DNA of 64,000 nt, taken from the IMG/VR virus record IMGVR_UViG_3300029258_001887. One strand, 5' to 3'. Below the pieces are notes generated by a model that made no database searches, had not been told where the DNA came from, and saw only the letters and a program-made list of their open reading frames with translations. Positions 39,424 through 48,988 of the stretch are shown one piece after another (position 1 is the stretch's first letter; the number at the start of each line of letters is the position of its first letter). Position numbers and translations under genes: made by a program. This DNA is from a virus.

Positions 39424-40188
39424 CTAAGCCTCCCTACATCGGGCGGCTTCGACTGTTTCCATACACAGGTGGCAGTTCATTCCCTCCGCAAGTTTTTCCG
39501 ACCGCCACCCCCACACATACTCCTGAGCGTCACCCCAAATGGTTTCGCTGAAGTGTTTCCACGGGAAGTACCCGAACGGGCATCTCCCTATCATCCCATC
39601 CTCCGTGATGATCATGTTGCACATTCGTTCACAGGAACACTGGACGGTTCCACGAGGCGCAAGACCGTTATCCCACGCCCTGCCGATTGGTATGATGTCG
39701 TCTATGCCCAAGTCTCCAGTCTGGACAAGTTCGACACCAAGATCATTTTCGTCTAGTAACTTGACAGCACGATCACCTGGAGAGCTATGCCACTGATCTT
39801 CGGACACAGCAACCTCAATGTGTTCGCACACAGCGACCAGTTCCTCCATTGCGCCAACGAATCTGCCTATGTCGGCGACTGTGTTTGCGAAGAATCCGTT
39901 GGTGACCAACCTAATCCGGTCTCGACCGCTGGATAATGCTACCAGCATTTCCGGGTAGTTGTCCAAAACGGTTACTTCGCCGCCCATGATATTTAGTACG
40001 ATGGTCTTGGGCACCTACCGATTGATTGCTGCACAGGTTTCGAGAGACATTTGACCCACACACTCAGGGCCAGACCGAAAACAGCAATGCCGACATCTTT
40101 GGCTACACTGATTGGTTACTCGCAGTATACAGGCGTTCGACGCGGTATCGCCGTTCCATCTCTGAAACCACTCGTCGTGACTGGTCAT
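39424..40188 (-). pseudogene. Radical SAM protein interrupted by an in-frame TAG
   Basis: Manual translation: TNQCSQRCRHC...AAINR*VPKTIVLNIMGGE, TNG, C-terminal Cys cluster. TAG at 40015-40017. Confidence 0.75.
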
Positions 40189-40556
40189 CTCGGTTGCCCC
40201 CTCTTCACCAAATCACACACAGGCCAAACTGGTTCGAGTTACACGACTTTCCCGCAGCCCATTTCCTCCACAATCTCCAGCGTTGACCCAAGAAACCACA
40301 CCCCGCCCTGAGATTCTGGCCGGTGGAGCGTTTCTCTATGGGTAAAGCGGACCTTACACCAGACCCGCCCCTTTTCAGACAGATGCGGAGCGTGTGGCCT
40401 GCGGCAGATGTGCCACCCAAGACGGAACGCATACCCTTTGCGACGATGACTTTCGGCTTGGTATACGACCCCCGGCACCAACTTCTGACGACAGTTGATG
40501 AACAGGGGTCCATACGTACCATCCTTGCGCTTACGGAGAAGCTTGTACCCGATCAT

Positions 40557-41216
40557 CTACATTGCTCCCATCTCATTCGTCAGCAGGTTGACATCGATTT
40601 CCTTATCGACATCACACCCACGCAACCACTTGGCGAACTGTGCGACCCTCAATCCTGCCGAGACGTTAGCACAGTAGATGGTTGTCTTCGCAGTACACGC
40701 TCCCTGGTACGCCTCCGCTGCTGGGAACAGTGTGGTCGCATAGTGCTCACGGGAAGCCTCGTCATGAACGGTGAAGATTCGCACATACTCTGCGCTCATT
40801 CGACCGTCGATGAAAAGGTCTGCCCGATTCCTGACTGCCTCGAAGATGGCTTTCCTGGTGTCGATCTTGTCAACACAGCAGAACATGACGCCACCAGTAA
40901 AGTCGATCGATCTGAACTTTCGGTTGATGACTTCGATCTGGATTGCCGAGTTGATAGAGACACACAGGTCTCTCGTGGCTTCGACCTTCGGCCTGCCAAG
41001 ATCAGCCTCGTGGTATCCCTGCGCCGCAAGATTCTCTGGGCGTACCGTATCAGGATCGATGAGAGTAATCCTTGGTACCCCGATGGCTGCCAACTGAAGT
41101 GCTACCTGACGACCGCCAGCACCGACGCCGACCACCGTTACCCTCGTGGTTTGCAGCTTCTCTGGCGGAATCAGTTCTCTCTGACGGATGTCTCTATTTT
41201 CGATTACTGTACTCAT
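40557..41216 (-). CDS. E1-like ThiF/MoeB adenylyltransferase
   Basis: RQ, GVGAGG, D.D.V..ENL, K, CVD...R, DGR, downstream Cys (GACT). ATGA overlap with JAB. Confidence 0.9.
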   Translation of the reverse strand: MSTVIENRDIRQRELIPPEKLQTTRVTVVGVGAGGRQVALQLAAIGVPRITLIDPDTVRPENLAAQGYHEADLGRPKVEATRDLCVSINSAIQIEVINRKFRSIDFTGGVMFCCVDKIDTRKAIFEAVRNRADLFIDGRMSAEYVRIFTVHDEASREHYATTLFPAAEAYQGACTAKTTIYCANVSAGLRVAQFAKWLRGCDVDKEIDVNLLTNEMGAM

Positions 41217-42163
41217 ACCGCTTCCTCCATTGCCAGTTCGCGTTCGTCTGCGTACCTGTTGGCCCACAACACGACTTGCGTTACCCAGTGTTCGTTCGGA
41301 GGGGTTGTTTCGATGAACTCGTCATCACCCTCCAGGTCTTCGACGTACCACTGTTCCCTGATGGGGTCATAGAAAAACCACACACCATCTTCGTCATCCC
41401 AGTATGCAACGTCGCCGTTGGAGTCCCAATGACAATCGATGTCGTCTACGGTAGAACTCCCATCGCCTGCTGCTGCAATCTGTCGATCAAGTTCTTCCTG
41501 TTGGGTTGTCCACCTGTCGTGTTCTTCACACCACCAGAGGGGGTCTTCGTAGCCGTTGGCTGGAAAGGAACCAGCGCCACTAGACGCCGCACCTTCCTTT
41601 CCTGTCATGCGGAACTTCTGTTCCACGACCTTGGCCTTGTACTCCGTTTCCCATGCCTGCGTGTCGGTGCCACCGAACGGGACTGTCCAATCGACGGCGA
41701 CTTTGATTTCTTTGATCACTCCAGGCCCGACGTTGACTTTCAGACGACAGTACGCCGCGCCACCCTCGGCGATGATGAACATGATCGCCCAGTTCGGGTG
41801 AGAAAACGCTGCTACGAAATTCTTCTCGTCTGTACCTGACGGGGTGGGACTGTTCCCCGGATGTGTGTGGATGAGGATGTTGGAATAGGCCCACGGTGGG
41901 AGCCCAGTATCGAGCATCCTGTCCATATAATCAGCGCCATCTTCTGGGTCGAGGTCGAAACTAGCACCTGTGCATTCCTGTTTGATCAGGACGAAATCGG
42001 TCACTAGTAGTGGGTCTTCCGTGGCTGTGACACCGTATCCGGCGACTTCTGTATCCCCACGGTCCCTCATCCACAAGAGTTTCGCCCAGGCGTATGGCGT
42101 GAACCGTAGCTGTTCTCCGAACGTCATTTTCGGGGTCATGAACTCAGACATTTTTGTCTCCAT
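41213..42163 (-). CDS. JAB/JAMM metallo-isopeptidase with acidic tail
   Basis: E(V.G) and HTHPGNSPTPSGTD = HxH-x7-S-x2-D. Confidence 0.88.
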   Translation of the reverse strand: METKMSEFMTPKMTFGEQLRFTPYAWAKLLWMRDRGDTEVAGYGVTATEDPLLVTDFVLIKQECTGASFDLDPEDGADYMDRMLDTGLPPWAYSNILIHTHPGNSPTPSGTDEKNFVAAFSHPNWAIMFIIAEGGAAYCRLKVNVGPGVIKEIKVAVDWTVPFGGTDTQAWETEYKAKVVEQKFRMTGKEGAASSGAGSFPANGYEDPLWWCEEHDRWTTQQEELDRQIAAAGDGSSTVDDIDCHWDSNGDVAYWDDEDGVWFFYDPIREQWYVEDLEGDDEFIETTPPNEHWVTQVVLWANRYADERELAMEEAV

Positions 42164-42214
42164 TGTGGTTGTCCCTGGTGTATAATACAGCAGGCGGATT
42201 TACTGCCAGGGAGG

Positions 42215-42898
42215 TTGATTGTGAGAACCAAAGCAAGCAAAGAAAAAGAAAAGGCTCGACAAAGACAGCAGTACCAAGAACGACTAGCTCAAGGTCTGTG
42301 CCCCAGATGCGGCGGAACGCCCGCCACTGAAAAAAAGTTTTGTGCTTCTTGCTCCACAAGGACGTGTGGTCGAGATAAGCAGCGACGACTTGACCGTCTG
42401 GCGAAGGGGTTGTGTCCTCAATGTGGAAAACGAGAATGTGCCCCAGGTCGGAAGAAATGTGTCGTCTGTGGTGAAGCCGGTCGCAGGAACGTGAAAGCAC
42501 GAGAATCCCGACTGGTGAACGACGGTCTTTGTACTCGTTGTGGCCAACATCCGTTTCTTCAGTCCATGACCGACAGGACTTCTCGGTATAGAGAATGTCA
42601 GGAGTGCTACCTAAAGCGCACTGCCAAGAACAATCTGGGTTCTGAAGATTTTGCGCCATTACTGCTGGCCAAGTTAGAGGCCCAGCAGTGGATGTGTCCC
42701 TATACCGACGAGATATTGGTTCTCGGGCACAACGACTCGATTGACCACATTCTCCCAAGGTCAAGATTTCCTGACTTGGCGACTGACCCAGAGAACGTCC
42801 AGTGGGTGTTGCGTGATGTCAATTCAATGAAGAACCAACTCACCAACGATGAGTTCCTGGGACTTGTTGCCATCATCTACCGTCATCGGTTACGATGA
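42215..42898 (+). CDS. HNH endonuclease with repeated GLCxxCG zinc fingers
   Basis: Three GLC.xCG repeats; CPYT, SIDHILP, N..W....N..K. Confidence 0.8.
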   Translation: MIVRTKASKEKEKARQRQQYQERLAQGLCPRCGGTPATEKKFCASCSTRTCGRDKQRRLDRLAKGLCPQCGKRECAPGRKKCVVCGEAGRRNVKARESRLVNDGLCTRCGQHPFLQSMTDRTSRYRECQECYLKRTAKNNLGSEDFAPLLLAKLEAQQWMCPYTDEILVLGHNDSIDHILPRSRFPDLATDPENVQWVLRDVNSMKNQLTNDEFLGLVAIIYRHRLR

Positions 42899-44209
42899 CT
42901 CATTGGTCACTCCCTCTAGTAGACAGTTGTGTTCACGCTCGCAGGAACCGCACATTGGAGTCCCACAGTGCTCACATGAGTTATCGTTACACCTATTACA
43001 GACGGTCTTGTCGCATTCAGAACACGTCTCCTGACACCCCTTGCAGATGTCCTGGCTACATTCCTCGCATCTTTCATCGACACAGGCCGAGCAACACTCG
43101 TCTCCACAACACCCGCATGTGATTGTGCAGTCCTGACACACGGAATCTCCGCAGTACGCACATGCCGACTTGCACTCGTCACAATATGCCCCGACGCAGA
43201 TAGCGCATCCGCTCACACACGACGAACACATTTGGTTATCGCAATCATGACATGTGCTTCCACATCCATGACAGAGTGTCTCTTGACAACCATAACACGT
43301 TGTGCTACATTCACCGCAACGCCACTCGCCGCATTCCGTGCAGCATCCACCACCGACATCGCAATACTCGCAGTAGTTGTTCTGACATCCTTCGCACCAG
43401 CAACCGCTTTCGTAGCTACGCCACTCTTCGCATCCCTCACAGTAAAACTGACCCTCATGATCTGGATCGTACCATTCACTCAATCGTTCGTATGGCGAAG
43501 CCTCGTTATACGTTCGCAGAACTGCTTCGATGACCCTGAAGTAGTCCTCTAGCCGTCCTTGACACAGAGCATCCTGAGAAGGAAGGCCACCAGCGCCGAT
43601 ACAGAGCTTACCGCCGGACACATGTGGATGAGAGTATCCGCCTGGAGATTCAATTTCGTTGATCGATTCGATACGAAGACTGTCCAGGGGATGTGAGAGG
43701 TTGACGTGTATCCAGAAATCCCCCAGGAACACTTCCTCGTGCTCATCGCTCAGGGTAACATCCTTGACCAACACGGACAGGACATTGCACCTGAACTTGA
43801 CTTCTGGCCACGCGCTGTTTATTATCCGAATTTCGTCGATTGCTTCTTTGGGCGACAGCACGGTGACGATCTGTTTGGTTACCAATGACTTGAGCATTGC
43901 TGTGGCACTCTGTGTGCCGTGTATGACATCATACCCAAGGTCTGGGATCAGAGCGGTGGCGATTCTCTCATACGCCGATGCACAGACAATACCCATGTGT
44001 GGTTCTGTGTCCCACTCGTTTTGCTGGATTCTCTGCGTTGAGCCAGTGAAGAACCTTCCAGCCCACATCTCCATCTGTGACGCTTTGTCGTTCACCCTAC
44101 GGAGACAGTCGAGGATAGACGTTTTCCCAGAATCCACAGGAGACCGGGCCTGAGACAGCAACCAATCCCTGTATTTTATGGCCGCACGCCGTATCAGCTT
44201 TTCGTTCAT
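42890..44209 (-). CDS. E2/UBC-like protein with long C-terminal CxxC-repeat tail
   Basis: HPHVSGGKLC.G resembles the E2 HPN...G.ICL active site; about 20 CxxC units follow. Confidence 0.72.
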   Translation of the reverse strand: MNEKLIRRAAIKYRDWLLSQARSPVDSGKTSILDCLRRVNDKASQMEMWAGRFFTGSTQRIQQNEWDTEPHMGIVCASAYERIATALIPDLGYDVIHGTQSATAMLKSLVTKQIVTVLSPKEAIDEIRIINSAWPEVKFRCNVLSVLVKDVTLSDEHEEVFLGDFWIHVNLSHPLDSLRIESINEIESPGGYSHPHVSGGKLCIGAGGLPSQDALCQGRLEDYFRVIEAVLRTYNEASPYERLSEWYDPDHEGQFYCEGCEEWRSYESGCWCEGCQNNYCEYCDVGGGCCTECGEWRCGECSTTCYGCQETLCHGCGSTCHDCDNQMCSSCVSGCAICVGAYCDECKSACAYCGDSVCQDCTITCGCCGDECCSACVDERCEECSQDICKGCQETCSECDKTVCNRCNDNSCEHCGTPMCGSCEREHNCLLEGVTNESS

Positions 44210-44504
44210 GGTGAATCCCCTTTATACAGGCTGATGAGCCTAACTTTGCCGAAAACAGGCTGATTCGCCTGACCTATTCTGGTTCGTCTGGCCTAGCCAA
44301 GCACTCCGCGAGCCCATCTACATAATCTTCCAAGTGTAGAAGGACTTCGCTGTATCCGAACGCATGACCATCTTCCCATGCCATGTGGGACAGCCACCCA
44401 CGGAATTTCTTGGGGACTCGCGCCAGAAGCTTGGTTTGCCTTCGTGTAAACTCTTCCTCAGTCATTCGGGGTACTGGACCGCGTTGCTGGGTCATTATTG
44501 ACTC

Positions 44505-44550
44505 CGAAGAAAGAGGGGCGGGGGGTGCGTTCCCCCCGGCCCCCGCCTCC
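44505..44550 (-). terminator. Terminator-like hairpin downstream of the Ubl gene
   Basis: GGGGC(C)GGGGGG-loop-CCCCCCGCCCC followed by TCTTTCTT. Confidence 0.6.
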
Positions 44551-44573
44551 ACCAGACGCCCTACGGCGTCATT

Positions 44574-44807
44574 CTACTCACCCTCGACCTTCGTCGGAGC
44601 GAGAGAAACCCGATCGCCGTCCTGGAGCACGTAGTCCCGGTGCGCCTCGACGGTCGTGCCGTTCGCACGAACCCGAATCGTGAACTCATCCGGGTCGCCA
44701 TCGAAGGAAACCTCCAGGAACTTCTCAAGAGTCGTACCCTCGACCACAGGAACACGCACGGGCAGGCCCGCTCCATCATTCGTTACCAGCGTTACCTCGA
44801 TCATCAT
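44574..44807 (-). CDS. Ubiquitin-like (beta-grasp, ThiS/MoaD-type) protein
   Basis: 77 aa, EGTTL..L, L.DGDRV, ends KVEG-E. Confidence 0.82.
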   Translation of the reverse strand: MMIEVTLVTNDGAGLPVRVPVVEGTTLEKFLEVSFDGDPDEFTIRVRANGTTVEAHRDYVLQDGDRVSLAPTKVEGE

Positions 44808-45871
44808 CGATCTCCCAAAAAGACGGGGCTATGTTTACCCCTTTGCCATAGCGACTACACGTCGCCAAACCATCCGACTATCTCTGGTTTGAAGGGTGGA
44901 ACACCCACCCCACATTGACCACAACGTTCTTTGAGTGCCTTGATTTCCTGCTGCAATCCTGCGACCGTTGCCGGTTCGCCCGTCTGCTCCCGCTCAAGGA
45001 ACATGTAAAGCAGGCTCAGATAAGCGCGAAGTTCAGCTTTTGTCCTTGGACTTGCCACGCCTACGCCCCTTCCTGTCGGTTTTTGCCCGTGGCTTCGGCT
45101 TCTCCGGTTCCTGTTCGGTCTTCAGGATTTCGACCTTCCGCGCCTGAGTAGCCCGGTCCCACTTGCGACGAGTCTTATCGCTGGCATACTCATACGTCGT
45201 CGCCTCTACCGCCAGTGCCAGCAGTTCATCGCAACTCTTGGCTTGCTTGATCCGATCCAACATACTGACTGGCTTGAACTCGACTGCTACCGACATACCA
45301 TACCTCCAATCATGTAGGCCAAACCCCGCCGAATGGCCAGGAATCCCATAGGGCTGCGCCCTTACCGGTTCCAGAGCGTCCCCACCCTTGCCCAGTCGGA
45401 ACGCTATCAATTCATGACGTAGAAGTCCATGTCGTCACCACATTCGGGACAGATGTGGAATCCGGCGGTAGACATCTCACACAGAATGTCGTTGATTGTC
45501 CCCTCGAACGTGGTGGTTTCCTGACACTCGTCACATCTGTATTCGATTTCGAACACGTAGTCAGCAGGATGTGTTGACATGGTTACTCTCCGTATTCTTT
45601 GTATGACATGTTGAACCAACCTTCACGGAAGGCCAGGGCGACCGCTTTCCAGCCAGCCATCTGAACCACTTGGTGTGCTTCACCAACTTCGTAGTGCTGC
45701 GCCACTTCGGTTGACCAGACTGGCAAATCCCAAACCCCAGTCCGTTCCAACTTTTGCAGATCACGACAGACCTGATCCGCTTCGGTGATGGACAGGACTT
45801 GTTTGTGGATGATTTTTTGTCCAGTGCTCATCATGTTCGTTTCCCCTAAAACACACACGGGCCAAACTGGT

Positions 45872-46423
45872 TCAGATCACGAGACTTTTTTGCAGCCCCA
45901 TGACCAGCAGAGACTCAATGCTGACTTCCCTCTCCGGTGGCTCTGGAGGACCATAGTCCTGACAATAATCCGACTCGTATTCCGGCGTCACTAGGTCGGT
46001 AACCACATCCACTTCAACGAGGTCGCTGTGCTCGAACAACCCCTTCACCGTAGCCGGGACACAAGCGTCACCGTAGACGCCGCAGACGAGAAGATGGTTG
46101 GACCACTTCGGATGCCCCCTCAGACAATCGACGACTTCCTCGCCGCCGTCCTCACAGTTCTTAATGACCGTATCGACGTGTGGGTAGTCGCCAATCTCAT
46201 CCACGATCTGTTGCGTCGTGCGACCCAAACCACCAAACTCAACCAGAACGATTCCCCACTGGTTGGTTTTAGCCAGACGCACCAAGTCGCAGGTTCCGAT
46301 GATGAGTTCCTGGAATGAACCATCATACCCTCGGCAAGAATCTTTGCCGATGAAGTAATCCTGCATGTCTACGATTACGACTGTTCTTTCCGGTGTGTGT
46401 TCGGTGCTGTCGCTAGACATCAT
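45872..46423 (-). CDS. Isochorismatase/nicotinamidase-family cysteine hydrolase
   Basis: VIVDMQ, K, CGV...ACV..T. Confidence 0.75.
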   Translation of the reverse strand: MMSSDSTEHTPERTVVIVDMQDYFIGKDSCRGYDGSFQELIIGTCDLVRLAKTNQWGIVLVEFGGLGRTTQQIVDEIGDYPHVDTVIKNCEDGGEEVVDCLRGHPKWSNHLLVCGVYGDACVPATVKGLFEHSDLVEVDVVTDLVTPEYESDYCQDYGPPEPPEREVSIESLLVMGLQKSLVI

Positions 46424-46876
46424 CTTGCGGAGCCGCTGATGCGCCAGATACCGAGCCCTCTCGAATGCGTGCATAGTTAGTCCCCTATGGAGCGCCTTAC
46501 TTACCCGTGCGGTGAGAAGAACAACTCTTCTTCTCCGTTGATATATGACGACAGTGCGTCGAGGGTTTCCACTGAATTGTCCGGCAGAGACAGCAATTTG
46601 CCTATCTCTCTGATCTGCTGTTTCTCTTCTTCGGTACGATTCCAGTAGCCGTCGCCGACGATACACTGAAGTTCATCCGCCGCTCTATCTTTAGCGACCT
46701 GGACCTTCTGTTCAATTGTCAGCACAGTGAATCTCCTAACAAAAGAAGTTGGAAGCCCACCCTTTGTTTACACACCCTTTACCGCAGCGGTGGGCTACTG
46801 CGTCGTGGGGTGAATATTCATTTTTTTCTCCAAAATCGAACCCAGATGGTGTATAATAGACACGAAGGAGGTTCGA

Positions 46877-47554
46877 ATGAAAACGAAAGAAAAATTAGAA
46901 GCTAGACGGATAAGAATCGAGGAGCAGCTTTCTATCAAGGCGATAGCCGCTCGACTCGACGTTGCCAAGAGCACGGTTAGTCTTTGGGTGCGAGACTTGC
47001 CACTTTCGGAAGAGATACTGCAACAGAAACAGTTAGTCGGTGCTACCAGAGGGGGCAAAACTCGTGCCGACAACGCCAGAGCTATCAGGAGAGAATACCA
47101 GCAGGCTGGGAGAGAAATGGCCATTAGCTTGGAAGATGATCCTCTTTTCGTCGCAGGATGTATGATGCATTGGGCAGAGGGTGATAAAAATAAGAACCTA
47201 GCTGGGATCAGCAACACCAGTCCACATTTTCTTCGCTTTTGGTTAAGATTTCTGCGACGATTTTTCGAGGTAGAGCCTAAAGACATGGCTCTCCATATCT
47301 ACTGCTACCTTGGCAACGGCAAGACGCAACAGCAGATCGAGCGATACTGGCTGAAGCAACTCGACCTGCCACGGTCATGCTTGAGGAAGACGACAGTTGT
47401 GACCAAACACAGATTCAGCACATTTGCCAAAAAGAACAAACACCCGTATGGTGTTGCCCATCTGAGGACGGGATCAACAGAAGTGGTCCAAAAGATATGG
47501 GGGGCTATCAAGCTACTTGCAGACATTGACGAAGAAGACCAATGGTTAGATTGA
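46877..47554 (+). CDS. HTH + LAGLIDADG-like protein
   Basis: SIKAIA.RL.V.KSTVS.W HTH; M.WAEG.K, NTSP, YW, PYGV. Confidence 0.65.
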   Translation: MKTKEKLEARRIRIEEQLSIKAIAARLDVAKSTVSLWVRDLPLSEEILQQKQLVGATRGGKTRADNARAIRREYQQAGREMAISLEDDPLFVAGCMMHWAEGDKNKNLAGISNTSPHFLRFWLRFLRRFFEVEPKDMALHIYCYLGNGKTQQQIERYWLKQLDLPRSCLRKTTVVTKHRFSTFAKKNKHPYGVAHLRTGSTEVVQKIWGAIKLLADIDEEDQWLD

Positions 47555-47555
47555 A

Positions 47556-47628
47556 TGCCCCTGACCGGGTACGATCCGGTATCTGCGGCTTGAAGGGCCG
47601 CTGTCCTATCCATTTAGACGACAGGGGC
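47556..47628 (-). tRNA. tRNA-Glu (TTC), atypical, no encoded CCA
   Basis: Cloverleaf: GCCCCTG/CAGGGGC acceptor, GTC/GAC D-stem, GCGGC-CCTTCAA-GCCGC anticodon arm, ACCGG-ATCGTAC-CCGGT T arm. Confidence 0.8.
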
Positions 47629-47631
47629 AAA

Positions 47632-47740
47632 GGCGTGAGTGCTGGGGTCCGTAGCGCGCATCCACTTTCCCCCTTGGCTGACCGATGGATCGAAAAGGGG
47701 TAAACGATTCCAACTAGGTCAGTTTACTACCACTCACGCT
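47632..47740 (-). ncRNA. Compact pseudoknotted structured RNA candidate
   Basis: Six complementary segment pairs within ~110 nt. Confidence 0.5.
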
Positions 47741-48988
47741 CTTTTTACTTAGATTCCTGCTCCGATTTCGGCTGGTTCTTTGACTGGTTCGGCAAGTCCG
47801 AATCTGATTATCAGTTTTGGGCTGTTGAACACGAGTTTTTTTACGGTTCTAGGCCACTCGTGCATATGGGCGACGAATTCTTCATCGCTTCCATACCGAT
47901 TGCGGACTGAGTTCAGTTTGCTCCACAATTCCGGTCTGTTGATGTACATGATGTTGTTCTCTACAGAGAGACAGCGTACCCGTCGTCATCCTCAACAGGC
48001 GTATCGCTAGCGGGGTGATACATGCGACACCACACGTCTACCCAGTCAGCACCACACTTACGACAGGACACCTTCTGTTCAACCATCGGATTGCCGTGGT
48101 CATCTTTCAACCCATGGACATTGGGCTCTAGTGGCCCAATCGGATCGACCGTGTGTTTTGCGCCACAACAGACACACGTATCTTCACACGCCGTCCACCC
48201 ATCGAACAGCTTGGTTGCCGTTCGTCTTTCATACAGTCTTAACTCCATCTGACACCCCTTCCGGTTGTTTGACCATGTTTTGGAGAATCTCCATCATGGC
48301 ACGATACCTGCGCTTACACTGCATATAGCCAAACCAGTACCCGACGACGAATATCAGGATTCGGATGGCAGCAGCGACTTCTGGTGAATCCATCATCTTA
48401 TACACCCCAAAGAGCAGAAACGACAAGGTAAATCAAGTACCACATCAAAAGGGCCACTGGCAAACCAACGATAAGCCCCTGGAACACGCCATTTGGCCTC
48501 ATGATACTTTTACCTCCCAGTCTACGACGCTGTACATATACGGGTCTTTTTGATTTTCCACCCACTTGTAAGCCAATTCCTTGGTGCTGAAGACTTCGAC
48601 TACATAGTAATCCTCAACACCGTGCCGTTCGACCAACCAAACGGTCATGACATTCCCCCTATCGGTGCCGACTGTAGCTTACGGAGACCAGACAGGACTA
48701 CCCCGACCATCGTCTCGAATGCTTCGTCGAGCGTGCGCCTCTCTCCGACATATGGTACTCCGGTCTCGAACCAGTTTCCGTAGACAACAAAACAGTGGCC
48801 ATCGATTCCTGGCGCTGTGTGACCGACGACGATCCAGCAATCCTTCCCGTTGAACATCTCGTGTGCGCTACTGAGCGCCCAGCGTGGTACTTGTAGAGGA
48901 TGTACCGAGACGCATACCTCAAGCGACCGTTCCTTTCTTGCACGATTGAGCCACTTGACCCGACACTGAAAGCCGTGGAATTCGACCA

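Noticed and set aside
39424-40188. Genome-wide TAG recoding
   Set aside because: TAG ends well-defined genes at sensible positions (e.g. deformylase, metallophosphoesterase, DUF1257), and long conserved genes are not fragmented. Only one internal TAG was seen.
40557-44807. Thiamine or molybdopterin biosynthesis (ThiF/ThiS)
   Set aside because: No thiG/moaE/moaA context; E2-like and JAB genes are present; the Ubl lacks a terminal GG.
47556-47628. Opal suppressor / Sec tRNA (TCA anticodon)
   Set aside because: The anticodon stem pairs only when the loop is CCTTCAA, which centres TTC; there is no long variable arm.
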